A program made the position numbers and the translations under genes. The notes under the pieces are model-generated. The model worked only from the letters and a program-made list of their open reading frames with translations, searched no databases and was not told the origin of the DNA. This document shows, piece after piece, positions 9,352 through 21,639 of a stretch of DNA of 64,000 nt. Position 1 is the stretch's first letter. Each line of letters begins with the position of its first letter. Origin of the DNA: Rhynchopus sp. YZ270_cl-10 (lineage: Eukaryota); the NCBI GenBank assembly GCA_964035575.1, contig OZ037833.1:496001-560000 (forward strand), read 5' to 3'.

Positions 9352-11788
9352 CTACTCTGTTGCAGGTGGCGGGGTGGCTTCCGCTGAGGGGTCTGAGGGG
9401 CTTTCGGCTTGTTCCGCTTCTTTTTCCTTCTCCTTTTCCTGTTCTGCCTCCTGTGCCTTTTCTGCAGCATCATCTGGTATGTCATCAGGAATGTCGTCGG
9501 GAATGTCCTCCTCCACCTGTGTCATGTGGTTTGTAAGATAATAAACAAATTTGCCTTGAAATACAATTCCTTGTCGTGGCACAGAGTGCAATGTACCTTG
9601 ACTTCACACTGACAAGACAGAAGGGGTTACAGCTGAGTGAAAACTATGCCTTTTTTTTGCATTTCATAAAGACCTTTTTCTCTGACAACAAACAGTCCAA
9701 AAACAGAAATGCATACGTCATTCCCATCCGTCGGTGTGGCCTCCGCTGGAGGTGTCTCTGTTGCCTCTGGCTCAGGTGCGCTGGTTGCTTGCGGCTCAGC
9801 CTCCTTTTCCTTTTCCTTCTCCATTTCCTTTTCCTTCTCCTTCTCCTTCTCTGCCCGCTCCTGCTCCTCCTTCTCCCTCTCCCCCTTCGCCTCTTCAGCC
9901 TTCTGCGCAGCGCTCGCCTTCTCCTCTGCCTCACGCTTTGCAGCAGCAGCAGCCTCTTCGGCCTTGAGCGCGTCCTCCTCACCTTGCTTGTCTTCGTACT
10001 CTTGCGCAGCACGGCGCTTAGCCTCTGCGTCGTCTTCGCCGCCACCGTAGTCGTTCGTTGCTTCGTAAGGCCCCTCTCCCTGGATGTGGTGGTGGTTGTT
10101 TGCTATGAAAACTTCTGAGGAACGGATTTTGGGTATTTCAAAAAGTGGTGTTATCCGGGGGCGGGGTTTCACAACTTTTCACAACTATGTACCCACACAC
10201 GTTGTGAAAAGTTGTGAATTTTTGTGAATTTTTTTGAAACTTTGTGAAACGCCGCCCCCCGGATAGCACCAAAAGGGTTTGTACCCGATGTGGTACTGTG
10301 TAATAAAAAATATGATACCTTTTTGCGAGCTGCAGCCTCCTCTCTCAGGGACTTCTCCTTTCTGTCGTAGTGTCCTTGGACCCACTTTGATGCTTGCTCG
10401 CCGATCTTTGTGATGGGGCCTCGGTTCTGCGGTGCGATGACGTAGCTGAGATCTTCGTCGTAACGTACAGATGGGTCGTCTGGCGGTGGTGCGTGGTCGA
10501 TCTTGAGGACGGACATCATGTCGCTGATGGCTTCTGGGGTCAGGATCTGTGCGATGCGTTTGTCGATCTCGAAGAAGAATGGCCCTGTGTCGTGCCTCAG
10601 GAAGTGTGAGTACGCCTCGTAGAAGGTGTCGTTGATGACCTGCCCGACAAGCTCCCTTTCCAGACACAGCTGTTTGTACCGCTCCTCTATTCCAGGCAGT
10701 TTGTACCAGTTGCTCTCGGTCTCTTCGGCGTCCACTTTGCGTATCATCCGTTCGATTTCGTCTTGTTCGTCGTCGTCTCCAGCAGCGCCTTCCTCAATGC
10801 GATGACGGTCTCCAGGTCTCCCAGTACTGCGTCCCGGAGAGTTTGCCCTGGGAGAGGCGATGTAGGAACGGATGAACATCGGATCGCATGCCATCTTTGC
10901 ATGGGTTTTGTCAAGTTGCATGAGGCTGTCGTCGGTGACTGCACGGTGGTCGCCACGGCCGGAGGAAGACGCATTGGTTGGGGATGTGAAGATAGGCGAT
11001 AGGTTCAAAGGCATTTTGGACGGCTGGGAACGGTCGCTGACGCGGATCGAGCCGCACCAAAGCATCCAAACGTCGTTCGAACGGTCGACCTTAAAGTACA
11101 GAACCATTCTCGTAATGTGCTTATGCTCGGTATTATAAAAATGCTCAACGATATTGCAGCAGATATGCTTGATGTTCGCAGTCGTCTTCGCCGCGCAGGT
11201 TCCATCCTCAGAGTAGTGTGAAGGACCCTCATAGGTGACCGCGCAAGAGTAAGGGTCCTTCGACCCTTCGGCACGTCCATGAAGCTGTTTCACATTGGTT
11301 TTCCTCTGTACAATGCAGACCCGAGGACTCCAGACTGCCTGGATAACAGAATTGTTCCGCCCCTTGGGGACAAGAAACCGCTGGAGGATCCCTTCCTTTT
11401 TGGTCTTCCTGTTGACAAACTCTGCCAGCCCCTCTTTGTTAAAAAATTCTACGTGGGTAATGGGGTCCCCGGTCTCCTGGTCCTCGTAGGAGTGCATATA
11501 GGACGCTACAATGCCGACGTCCCCGTCGCTCTTGCTGAAGGCATTGTAGATGCTCGATGTGTCCAGCTCTTTGCCCTGCTTTTTGACCATCTCTTTGTTC
11601 TTCTTGTCATATGCGTACCAACCACGTGGAAAGTTGTGGTCATAAACGATCGTGTCCGGACACAACACATCCTCGCAGCTCTTGAACTCCTTATTCTTCT
11701 TCCACATATGGTCGTAGAACCCGGTCAACAGACCGTCCCCTTCGAGGGGGTGGTTTTTGATCCACGGCTTGCTGTTGTCGCGAGGCAT
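9352..11788 (-). CDS. Conserved hypothetical protein, 3 exons (11788-10319, 10079-9717, 9516-9352), acidic/Lys-Glu-rich C-terminal tail
   Basis: Phase-0 GT-AG introns 10318-10080 (AAG|GTATC...CAG|GGA) and 9716-9517 (GAC|GTATG...CAG|GTG) join three ORFs in frame; globular N-terminal part (LEGDGLL..., PDTIVYDHNFPRGWY, GILQRFLVPKG, RMVLYFKVD). Confidence 0.85.
10146..10271. mobile_element. 126-bp MITE, TGGTG...CACCA termini, AAAG TSD, inside intron 1 (Ginger2/TDD-like signature)
   Basis: AAAG|TGGTGTTATCCGGGGGCGG ... CCGCCCCCCGGATAGCACCA|AAAG. Confidence 0.85.
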
Positions 11789-12181
11789 TGTGGCAAAGGC
11801 AAGAAGGGGGGGGGAGAGAGAGAGAGGGAGGGAGGAGGAAGAGGAAGAGTGCTTCCCTCTTGTGTAGTGTTCTGATGGGGTTGGAGTGGGGGGGGTTTTT
11901 TAAAGGATCTGGAGATGCTAGTATCCAGGAATTTTCCATGGTGCTCCACAACAGCAATGTCCTGGTAGGGGGTCTGAGACGCAAGCAGTGGAGGAACTGG
12001 AGAGTGAGTCATACAGGGTGAGGTTTTTTGCGCAGTCATGCAAAGAGGTGCAACTTAGGTACTCTTATAAGTACGGACAATACCTAATACCGCCGGCACT
12101 AATATAACTACGGACGATACCTCCCTCCGCACGCCATTATTTCATAATATTATAGATCATGGTGGAATCTGTGAACCCCTT

Positions 12182-12285
12182 TGGGCTCTGCCCTGTTCGC
12201 CGTAACTAGGAGCATTGCGGTGTGCTTTCCTTTTTCCTGCGCTTAGTGATGCGCTTAAGTTCAGCGCAGTAGCTTTGATCACAAT
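12182..12285 (-). rRNA. Isolated ~100-nt fragment of the 5' end of LSU (28S) rRNA; not a full gene
   Basis: Minus strand reads CTACTGCGCTGAACTTAAGCGCATCACTAAGCGCAGGAAAAAGGAAA...CCTAGTTACGGCGAACAGGGCAGAGCCCA, matching the conserved CCCGCTGAACTTAAGCATATC..TAAGCGGAGGAAAAG...TAGTAACGGCGA block. Confidence 0.75.
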
Positions 12286-12566
12286 CGTTGGGGCATAAAA
12301 AAGGAAGGTGGGGGTGGATGGGATGGTTGCATTTTCTTGATATAAAACTGTTGCTAGTAGTGGCCGTTTACCCCCCGCAGCAAAATAACCGCTTTCTAAG
12401 CAATCACTTTGGAAGTGTTTTGCAATGGTCTTTTGAGGCAGGGGGGTGGCTTCCCATTCATTTTTTTTTTTTTTGGGAGGGGGGGGGAGAGCTTTTCTAA
12501 GGGAGGGAGGAGGAAGTGATACACGGAATGCTGAAAGTGCAAGTTTTTTATTTGGGAAAAGTCACT

Positions 12567-14384
12567 TAGTGCCCAAGTTTGTTGTACCCATTTAGGATAA
12601 TACCCAGTGGGTATTATCCTAAATTATTTGGGTATTATCCTAAATTATTTTGGGTATTATGGGTACTGGGTACTGGGTACTGGGTACTGGGTACTGGGTA
12701 CTGGGTACTGGGTACTGGGTACTGGGTACTGGGTACTGGGTACTGGGTACCCAGAGAAGGCACCTTGACAGCAGCGAAGGCGCAAGACAAGGTATGTAAA
12801 TATGTTAACTTTATGGTGAATATTCAACAAAGTAAGGCCGTCGACTCGTATTTCCTCCAAAAAGTCTCCAGAACAATATTTTACACCCTCAGGCCAACTT
12901 ATTTTTTAAAGAAATCACCTTCTTTAAATTCCCCACCACTCACAACTTCACTTTTAAACAGGTATCGCGAGTGCAACATCGAGAACCAACTGTGCAGAAC
13001 GAGCGAACATATGGGGTGGAAAGGGGTGGGAACACTCTGTCAGTCACTGCTATTGCCATTAACCCAGGGAGCATAGCTAGTGCAAGAAATTCGACTTTGG
13101 AAACCTTCCGGAAAGTCTGTCCTCTGCTTGCGGAGGACGAGGCACAAGAAAATATTGCGTTCCCCCAGAAAACCAGTGCACATTTCACACTCCTTGTGGG
13201 TAGTCTTGTTGCCTTTTTTGTCGAGTAATTTTGGACCAGGCATGCTCTTGAAGCATGACAATTTAGTGTGTATGGGGCAGGGTGTTGTTTTGTTCTGAAT
13301 TCTCTTTGTTATAACATCTAAGTCAATCGCGGGTGGTGGTTTGTGTAGCGTGAGGCACTCTTTTTAGCAAACTTCCTGCGGCTGCTAAAGTGTTATTTCT
13401 TCGGATTTAACAACGTACAGCGTAACATAGTGGTTTAGCCTGGTCGACACAACCTTTGATAGATACGGGATAACCAACCCCCTTCGACCCCTTGTGGGTT
13501 CACTGAACAAGCCCTCGTGGTAGTTAAACGCGATTGACATTTACATTCCTAGAGATGAAAGAACAAGATAACACTTCTGTACCCGCGCATCAAAATTGTG
13601 GAAAACTTTGCACCCCAAACACCCTCAACAACGCCCGCCAAAAGGCGCCCCTTGTTGCTGGGAGTTGGTTCTCATGTTTGATACCTGCACAGCGGGCATT
13701 CCTCTGAGTCCAACGCATGTTTGGCCTGTCTGCGGCGTTGTACTTCAGGTGCACGAAGACAGGGTCTGGTGGTAAATTTTGCGTAGTGTCGCATTCCCTC
13801 ATGTGTGGGTCTGGGAACCTGGGTACCTGGGTACAGGAAATTTGTTGTGGAAGACATCAACCACCATGCATTGAGGAGGGTAAGACAGTGTTCGCAGTTT
13901 CTACCTGATAGCATTACAACATTTAACTTCTCCACGGGGGTCTTGGGCCGTTCACTCGGTTCTACCTTGACTACCGGAAGATATTCTTGAGGCCTTTTTG
14001 GTCTCTAGAATATCCGGTCTTCCCGAACGGAGGCACACTTTGTGTGTTACTACGACCTGGCAATTTCCAGCAGTAGGTTAAGTAATCTTTCTTGTAAATT
14101 GTTGGATCATTATCTCCTCAGTGCATGAATGCCCCACGTGACTGGACACTTTTGTGTTTGTCATGTGGAGCTGTGGTTGCTCTTTCACGACTTTTTTCCT
14201 GTTCCTGGGTACCTGTTCCTGGACCTGGACCTGGACCTGGGTATCTGGGTACCTGGGTACCCAGTACCCAGTACCCAAAAATAATTTAGGATAATACCCA
14301 AAATAATTTAGGATAATACCCAAATAATTTAGGATAATACCCACTGGGTATTATCCTAAATGGGTACTAGAAACTTGGGTACTA
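12567..14384. mobile_element. ~1.8-kb non-autonomous TIR element with GGGTATTATCCTAAA subterminal repeats, a (GGGTACT)n array and the shared core
   Basis: ~90-bp TIR TAGTRCCCAAGTTT..GTACCCATTTAGGATAATACCCAGTGGGTATTATCC at both ends; interior homologous to 41820-42530, 54380-55465 and 56120-56935. Confidence 0.85.
12660..12750. repeat. (GGGTACT)n 7-mer tandem array, ~13 units
   Basis: Directly visible perfect array. Confidence 0.95.
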
Positions 14385-15934
14385 GCCTAATTACCCCTTT
14401 TTATTTTTTTGGATAAATTGTTGGAGTAGTGTAGTTGCCTCGGTTGTGTTGCCACAGTTTGTGCAATCTCCACTGTGGTGTGTGTTTTTTTTTGACGATT
14501 ATCTGGGGGAAAACGATCGGGTCAGACGCACTCCATACTGTTATTATGTGTTGCAAAACCCATCAACACGTATTTGTTAAATAATCTGATTACGGTCAGC
14601 CGGGGTTTTGTACAAAAAATAAATACAAAAAAATTGGGTAAGGAAATGAGCCTAAGCCTCATCGTTCACCCTTTTTTTTTTTGTAAATTGAGGAAAAAAA
14701 ATATATGGACCGATGCATCACGCACGCGTATGGTTATGAGAAAAACTCTGCAGAACGAGGCATGCCTCTCGGGCACACAAATCTACAGAAACGTTTGGTG
14801 AGATGACGCTAAGCCTCGGGCTTGAAATCAACTCGTCTAAACAAAACAAAACAAAAATTTTTGTAAGATGATCCCGAGCCTCTCATGCTTAGTCTGATTA
14901 GATTACTTAACGTTTTGAACATTGGTTATTCATCAATCTTTTTTGTTGTATTCGTGTTTAGTCACCATGGGAAAAAAGCGGACGTTGTAAGAACAAATAT
15001 TCGGATAAAAAGAGAGAAAAGAAACGAACACTTTCAAAAAAAAACGACGCTTTTTTTTTTTTTTTGGTATTTTGGATACGCCTTCTGGTCTTCCAGAGAC
15101 TTTCCATTTATTGTCGCGATCTTTTGGAAGCCAAAGGTTTGCCAAAAGACCTTTCCCTAAAAATATTTTTTTTTTGTTCGGTTTGGTTTGGCTGTATTGT
15201 TGTTGTTCAGAGTTTTTTTTTGTTAGACTCGACAATCAACCACTGTCCGCAGACGGGGGTTCTGACACTTCTGTACACAAAAAAGTCGCCCGAAGGGCAA
15301 AATGAATTTCATAGGTATGTGTTTTGATTATGCATTCGAAAAAAAATGAACGTTTGACAGATGCATAAAACGCCTCTGTGGGCGCAGGCACCCGAGGTCT
15401 AAAAAAATGGGGCAAAAAAAAAATCCCCAACATTTTTTACACATTAGTCCACCTGATTTTTGCCTGACATTTTTTGGGGGAGTTTGGTATGTCCACTTAA
15501 CTCCACCAAAATTTCAGACAAAATCAGATGCACAGTACACCACAGAAGACCAAGCTTTGAGTTACGACCCTTTTATTTTGTTTGATGTGTCAGGGTCATT
15601 GTGTGCCCCATCACCCACACAGGAGGGCACTTTTAGAGTGTTTAAAAACGAAAACGGGCCTTGTGGGCTCACCATTTTCTTTTTCGTTACAATTTTTCAA
15701 AATAATCAAAATAAAAAAGATCCAATGCCTAAAGCAAGAGAAGAAAGTTGTTAATATTGGGTAGGGAAGAGAGAGGAGACTGTGGAAGCAAACAAAAAGT
15801 TGAATAAAAAAAATGGAAAGAAGAAGAGAAAAAAAAGGGGGGAAAGCCGTCTCCCTTTCATATACCGGATATACCGAATAAAAGTTCTTTTTATCAGATG
15901 ACCCTAAGCCTCTCGTGCTTAGTTACCTGATTGA

Positions 15935-16156
15935 AAAAAAGTGAAGTTTTTAGTGCAGGCACCTCCGACTGACCCACGTACGATGCCAGCCCCGGATGAA
16001 AGCAGAAGTAACAGCAAAAGATGTAAAAAGGAAACCTAAGTAGACCTACCCGTACCGTAAGAGAACGAGGGCGGTGCACAACCGCTCGTCAGCCGGCGGC
16101 CCACCTTTCGTTGAAAGAGTTGTGAGCTCGCTGCACCCAACGCTTGATGCACGATA
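15935..16156. repeat. Dispersed repeat family R1 (other copies 16930-17120, 24861-24950, 38533-39291, 45011-45684)
   Basis: Shared TGCAGGCACCTCCGACTGACCCACGTACGATGCCAGCC...GATGAAAGCA...GATGTAAAAAGGAAACCTAA; all copies in the same orientation. Confidence 0.85.
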
Positions 16157-19001
16157 AAAAAAGAGAGGGAGTGCCCCAGAGAGATGCTCAGAAATACTTG
16201 AATCCCAAAGAAGTCACTCTATGCAAAAAAAAAAGTTGGTCCGCTGCTGATGACCTAAATCTCTGTGATTCGTGGCTTTCTAAAAAGGGAAACTGACAAC
16301 TCTTAAAATAAAAATTTCTAATATGGTCCAATGGAAAGAATGACAAGGAATCGCTATATCAAAAAAGAAGAAAAAACGGGATGTGCTGTGGATATGGGGA
16401 GGCTTGATAACTGAATTAGCTCGGTGGCTGTAGAGGCGGACTCTGTTCCGACCCTCCGCGTAGTCGTCCACAGGCCTCCCACCCATCGTCGTCGTCAGAG
16501 GAGTTGCGGAAGGAACACAAAATACACAGACAAAAACTCGTCTATCAGTGTAAAATTGACCCTTCCCCCCTCATCGATTTCAATACTCTACCTTACCTTA
16601 CCGTACAGGGGTCGAAGAAAGGTTGTGGGGGAAAAACGAAAAAAAAGGGGCAGGGAAAGGAGAGTGGTGTATAGCGGGGTCTTTAGTGAGGAGAAACAGA
16701 GGGTGGTGGTAGATATTGTAATGCAAACGGAAGGAACATTGTATTTGCATTTTTTGTTAGTACAAACCCCTTCTCTGATTGACCCTCATTCCCAAAAAAA
16801 AAAAAAAAAAATGCAAAAAAAAAAAGTGACAGTGCAACCGCCTCTGGGACGCAGACACTGAAAAAGAAAGGGGTGGAGACGTGAGAGATGAGAGTACTTC
16901 TTGTGCAACATGTATCTTTTAAAAGGGGGGAAGTAGTTGCTGATGCAGGCACCTCCGACAGACACACGTACGATGCCAGTCATCCAGGGTGAAAGCACAA
17001 GTACCCTGCGGCCAACAACAGAAGATGTAAAAAGGAAACCTAATGACTGGCCCGTACCGTAGTGTGAACAGCGGGGGGCGGTGTACAAACCGCTCGTCGG
17101 CCGACGTCCCACCTTCTGCTGAAGAAGTAGATACTGAAGGGTACTCCCGCTCGCTGTAAAAAAAAAAAAAAGAAAAGAGAAAAAGCAGAAGTTGAAAGTA
17201 GAAATGACTCACCGCACATCGGCGGAAGAGGAAAGGGTGAAGTTGATAGTACAAACGCAGCGACGCAGGCACTGACTCCGTGGGTTATCGAACGCTGGAG
17301 TGTTACACCTATATGGAGAGAGAAAAATACGATGGTTTGGTTTAAAAAAAATAGACTTACTGAGCGTTGCTGTGCTTAGTATCAGGGGACATTAGTATGC
17401 CGGTGTGCCGGTGTGGGATTTTGAGAAAAAAAAAAAAAAAAAGAAAAAGGCAGATTTTTGAATTTTTTTCTGAATTTTATCTCCTCATACAAGGCTACAA
17501 CCACATCTGTAGCGGTTTCTTATGTGCATGTGACCCCACCACAAAGACCAATCGGTCCGTTCAATCAAAAGAAATAGATGTTTGCAACTCTCATAAAAAA
17601 GTAGCGTACCGTGCGCCTGCGGCGCAGCTAAAAATGACGAGCGGTAGCCCACAGCTCTACCCTAGGCCATAGTCACAGCTACCTTTACCATAGTTTGGCT
17701 ATAAAAGCGTGCGATTTTATGTCACAATTTTTGAAATGTTGCGTACCGTGGCTTCGCCAGAAAAGTTTTGATGCCATATGGTTAGACAAGGGCGCGGAGG
17801 GGAAAGAGTTGTGGAGGTCTCTGCCAAAAATGCGTGGGGAAAAAAAAATTGCCTCACACCGGCTTTTTTGGCTCACACCGGCTTTTTTTTCAAAATCTCA
17901 AACTACCAATGTCCCCTGCTTAGTATTAAAAAAAAAACAAAAAAAGAGAAGTTGAAAAGTGCAAACACCTGGACACTTTACGCAAGTACACTGGGGAGAG
18001 AAAAAAAAGAGCTACGTTGAAAGCTGAATGTCGCCCCAATTTTCCGGGCAAAAGAACACGCAAATATAGTTAAATAGATTGTTCTTGCCTTTTTTCGCTC
18101 CCCCCCCCCCTCCTTCATTGATTTAAAATGCAAAACCCCCCTCTCTCCATACCCAGAACACCTTGGGGAGAAAAAAAAATACTGACTCTGGGATGGCTGA
18201 AAGGGGGTCGTTCGCACTTCTTGCGTACTTCCTGCGCACTCTTGTGCCCCCCCCCCCCATTCAGCCATACTGGGATGTTTATAACACGCTATACCCTCAC
18301 ATCTCTTTTCTCTCTCCTCTCTTTTTATGCTTCATAAGTAGTAAGTAGGGAGCATAGCGAGCTACGTCTTGGGAGGTCTGGAGAATATAAATGAATGAGT
18401 GCTCATCCCCCCTTGATTTTCTTTAACCACTTTTGAGTAAAAGGTTGGAAGGGGAGGAGGTTGGGGAGGGTTCACAACAGGCACTCCGCTAGGTACTAAA
18501 GTTCTGTTGATTGTCAACAGAACTTTTTGAAAATGGGGAAAAAAAGAAAAAAAAAAAAAGTTCTGCTAAGTGGTTCAGACCCGTTCTACCTGTCAAAAAA
18601 GCTCAGGAGAAGAAGATATGGAGAGGTGAGTGCTCAAACGTCCCAAAAAAGTCAAAATCGGGCGTTGGTAAAAAAAAAAGTTGCGTACCGTGCGCCTGCG
18701 GCGCAAGCATGTACCCCACCAACGTGGACCATCAACAGAATATTTTCAAAATCGGAAATCCTAGCGGAGAGCCTGGTTCACAAACAAAAAAAAAAAAAAA
18801 CGTCACCTATCTGCAGAATTTCTGATTTTTTTTGGCTCCCTTCCCCACACACCACCTCCCCCACACGCGAGATTAAATAAGAAAAAAAGACCCGACTATT
18901 TCCCCCCAAAACGTTACTTTTATGCCTTTAAGACAACAACAACAGGGGGAAAAATAACTATTTATTCACCTCCTTTTAGCGGGGTTTTATTTTGCGATAA
19001 C

Positions 19002-20321
19002 GGGGGGTATGTAACTTTGTGTATTAGTGTGTAAAATTTGACCGGCCCTTTGGGTGAAAAAAAAAAGAGTGAGGGGAGTTGGGTCCAGTCATAGGGGGTA
19101 TAGCATATTTTTTGGAAAATTCTTCAAAAAATCAAGGATTTTTGCTGGGCACAATGAAATTTTCAGAAAAATCCCGATTTTCGGCCAAATTTGGAGCAAA
19201 TTATGACCCACCCACCCCGATTTTGGGTCAAAAACCGACTTCATTTTTGCACAGGAGTGCTTACGATTTCGTAAACCAGGGGTCCTCTGGATGCATGCAT
19301 TGATAAACACAACACTGGAAATTGCAAGGAACGGGTCTGCATGCGTGTTCTCTAGCCACTACAGTCACAGGGTATTGCGGCTGAATTTTGACTTGCGAAA
19401 TTTTTTCGCGAACATCTATTTCTGAGGTTTTCTTTGGATTCTTTGGGCCATTTTATGACCTACCACGCCCGATTTTGGGCGATAAAACAAAATTTTGTCA
19501 GGTCAAACTCCGTACTTGTGAAAAGAATTGCTAAGGAAATGTGTAATATGCGTGTTTTTGTACACGAAATGTGGGCCCCTGTAGTAATGCATAAGGTGCA
19601 TAATGCATATGGTTTACACCCAGATCGTCAAAACACCCGATTTTTGCGTTTTTTTGCACTTTTTGGTGCCCAAAAACCCAACTCAGGGGTCGAAATTTTC
19701 CCGAAAAAAAATATTTTTTTTTTTGAGATTTTTTGATTTTTTGACAAGGCGCTGGCCCATACAAAATGCACTGGTGGTACAGAAAATGACTGGGGAATTA
19801 ACTCTAGATGCTCAAAACAGCCCAATTCTTGCTTTTTTTGACTTTTTGGTCCCAGAAGGGGACCTAGGGTGTAGTGAGCAGGCCTCAAAAACACTTGTGA
19901 AAAAAAATTTTTGGGATTTTTTTTTTTGAGATTTTTTCAAAAATCGACTTGTTTTTGGTAAAAATCACGAAATTTTGGGTTCGCGGAACCGCGTTTTAGA
20001 CCCCCCTAGATGCTCAAAAGTGCCAAATTTTGCTTTTAATGGCCTCAAATCGTCGAAATTAGCCCAATATGGGGGCAAAAAAAAAAATTCGAGGGTCTAG
20101 GTATGGAGAGCGAGCACCTTAGAAGCGTCGTAGGCAACCCGTGTTTTTTGTGTATAAATAGTACCCGGTCAAAATGCCGGTCAAAATGGGGTGCCGGTCA
20201 AATTACATACCCTATTTTGACCGGGTACTATTTGTACACAAAAATACCCGATTTTTTCGGGAATTTTTGACAACACACTGGTTGAGTTACCGGTCAGAAC
20301 CGGTCAAATTACATACCCCCC
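19002..20321. mobile_element. PIF/Harbinger-like non-autonomous element nested in the Crypton-like element
   Basis: AAC|GGGGGGTATGTAA ... TTACATACCCCCC|AAC (3-bp TSD); removal restores GCGATAACTTCACGCA, matching GCGATAATTTCACGCA in copy 2. Confidence 0.8.
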
Positions 20322-20914
20322 AACTTCACGCATTTTTTTCCCAGGCGAGGGCTACTTAATTTGCCGAGCGAAGCGAGGCAAATTGAGTGCACGAGCCTGG
20401 GAAAAAAATAAGTGAAGTATCGCAAAATAATCCGCTAAAAGGAGGTGAATACGTAATTTTATTTCACGGGAAATAAAGTATACGAAAGGATTTGGCACTT
20501 TTAGCGGGACTCATTTATTGTGCAATAACTAACGAGAATGTGTCCCTCCAGGTAGCTCTCATTACCCTCCCGCTAGCTTTTGCTCGCTGGGAACCTGCAA
20601 AAAACTGGTGAATTGGGCCCATACCCTGGTTTGTGGGGTGGGATACGCATTTTTGGGGTGGCAGAACCATGTGTGAGCCACAGGGTGGTGCACGTGTGAC
20701 CCCATGCAGTACCACGCAACCCACGTTTTTACACACACAACAACGGCATTTTGCGTGTAGCGCGTACAGTATGTAGCCTAAAAAGCCCACACCACGTGTA
20801 CGCATAGCGCGTAGCGCAGCGTGTGGTCGGGTTTGGAAAGCTGCCTCAACGGTACACAAAGCTACATCCCGACCTCTCGCCACCTCAGTGTCCCCTCGGG
20901 TGCTAGCGGGAGGT

Positions 20915-21199
20915 CGGGAAATGGCTGTCGTGCAAGAGCGAGACACATTCAGAAGATCTCCGCCCATCACAGAATGTCATGCCAGCCACCACCTTCCTCA
21001 CAATGAAGTAAAGGGGGTGGTGTGTCCTTCGTCTTGATAGTGAGATCGTCACGGAGATACACTATGTAGGAAACGAAGTCGGCTTCCGTGGGCTTACCGT
21101 CAGGCTTGCCAATGAATTCCTTAAAAAGCGGTCCCATTCACGGACGTACGGTGTCGACAATGCTAGTCCTTCAGCAAAACCACTGTAGTGCTTGTCCAT
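20915..21199 (-). pseudogene. Frameshifted, internally deleted tyrosine recombinase fragment
   Basis: Across two frameshifts: MDKHYSGFAEGLALSTPYVREWDRF / KEFIGKPDGKPTEADFVSYIVYLRD (core-binding-domain-like) / HPLYFIVRKVVAGMTFCDGRRSSECVSL (box I-like GxRxxExxxL). Confidence 0.65.
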
Positions 21200-21639
21200 C
21201 TCCTGTCGGAGGACCGTTTGCGTCTTACATCCTTCGGCATGTTGCATGTGTCAGAAAAAAATGCGAAAAGGGCAAAAAAAATTCAAAATTTTCAATTTTT
21301 AGGCGGGTGGTGGTGCAGGATGTACCAAAATTTAGCGTGAAGTTATCGCCAAATAAAACCCCTGTTTTAGCGTGAAAAAAACAAAAATAAAATCCCGCTC
21401 TGAAGGAATTGCAGTGAAAAAAAGTGAAAAACGCGTGAAATAAAGTTCAATGAGCGGGGTTTTAATTTGCGATAAAAAAACTGCGTGAAATTATCATTAA
21501 AAAGAATCCCGCTAAAAGTGCCAAATCCTTCGTATACTTTATTTCCCAGTGGAATAAACACCATTATTCACACGCAACTCTATTCTCTAGGCCTCCTTCT
21601 GGTAAATTATAAAATACTACCTAGGCAATGCAGAACACC

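Larger units (their letters stand above)
18958..21558. mobile_element. Composite double-inverted-repeat element, Crypton-like (copy 1), with tyrosine-recombinase remnant
   Basis: IR1 18963-18998/20419-20451, spacer CGTAATTTT, IR2 20459-20509/21507-21557, internal AATTTGCCGAGCGAAGCGAGGCAAATT; same layout at 41144-43864. Confidence 0.7.

Noticed and set aside
12660..12750. (GGGTACT)n as a telomere
   Set aside because: Internal and inside a TIR element; not TTAGGG; no chromosome-end evidence in the window.
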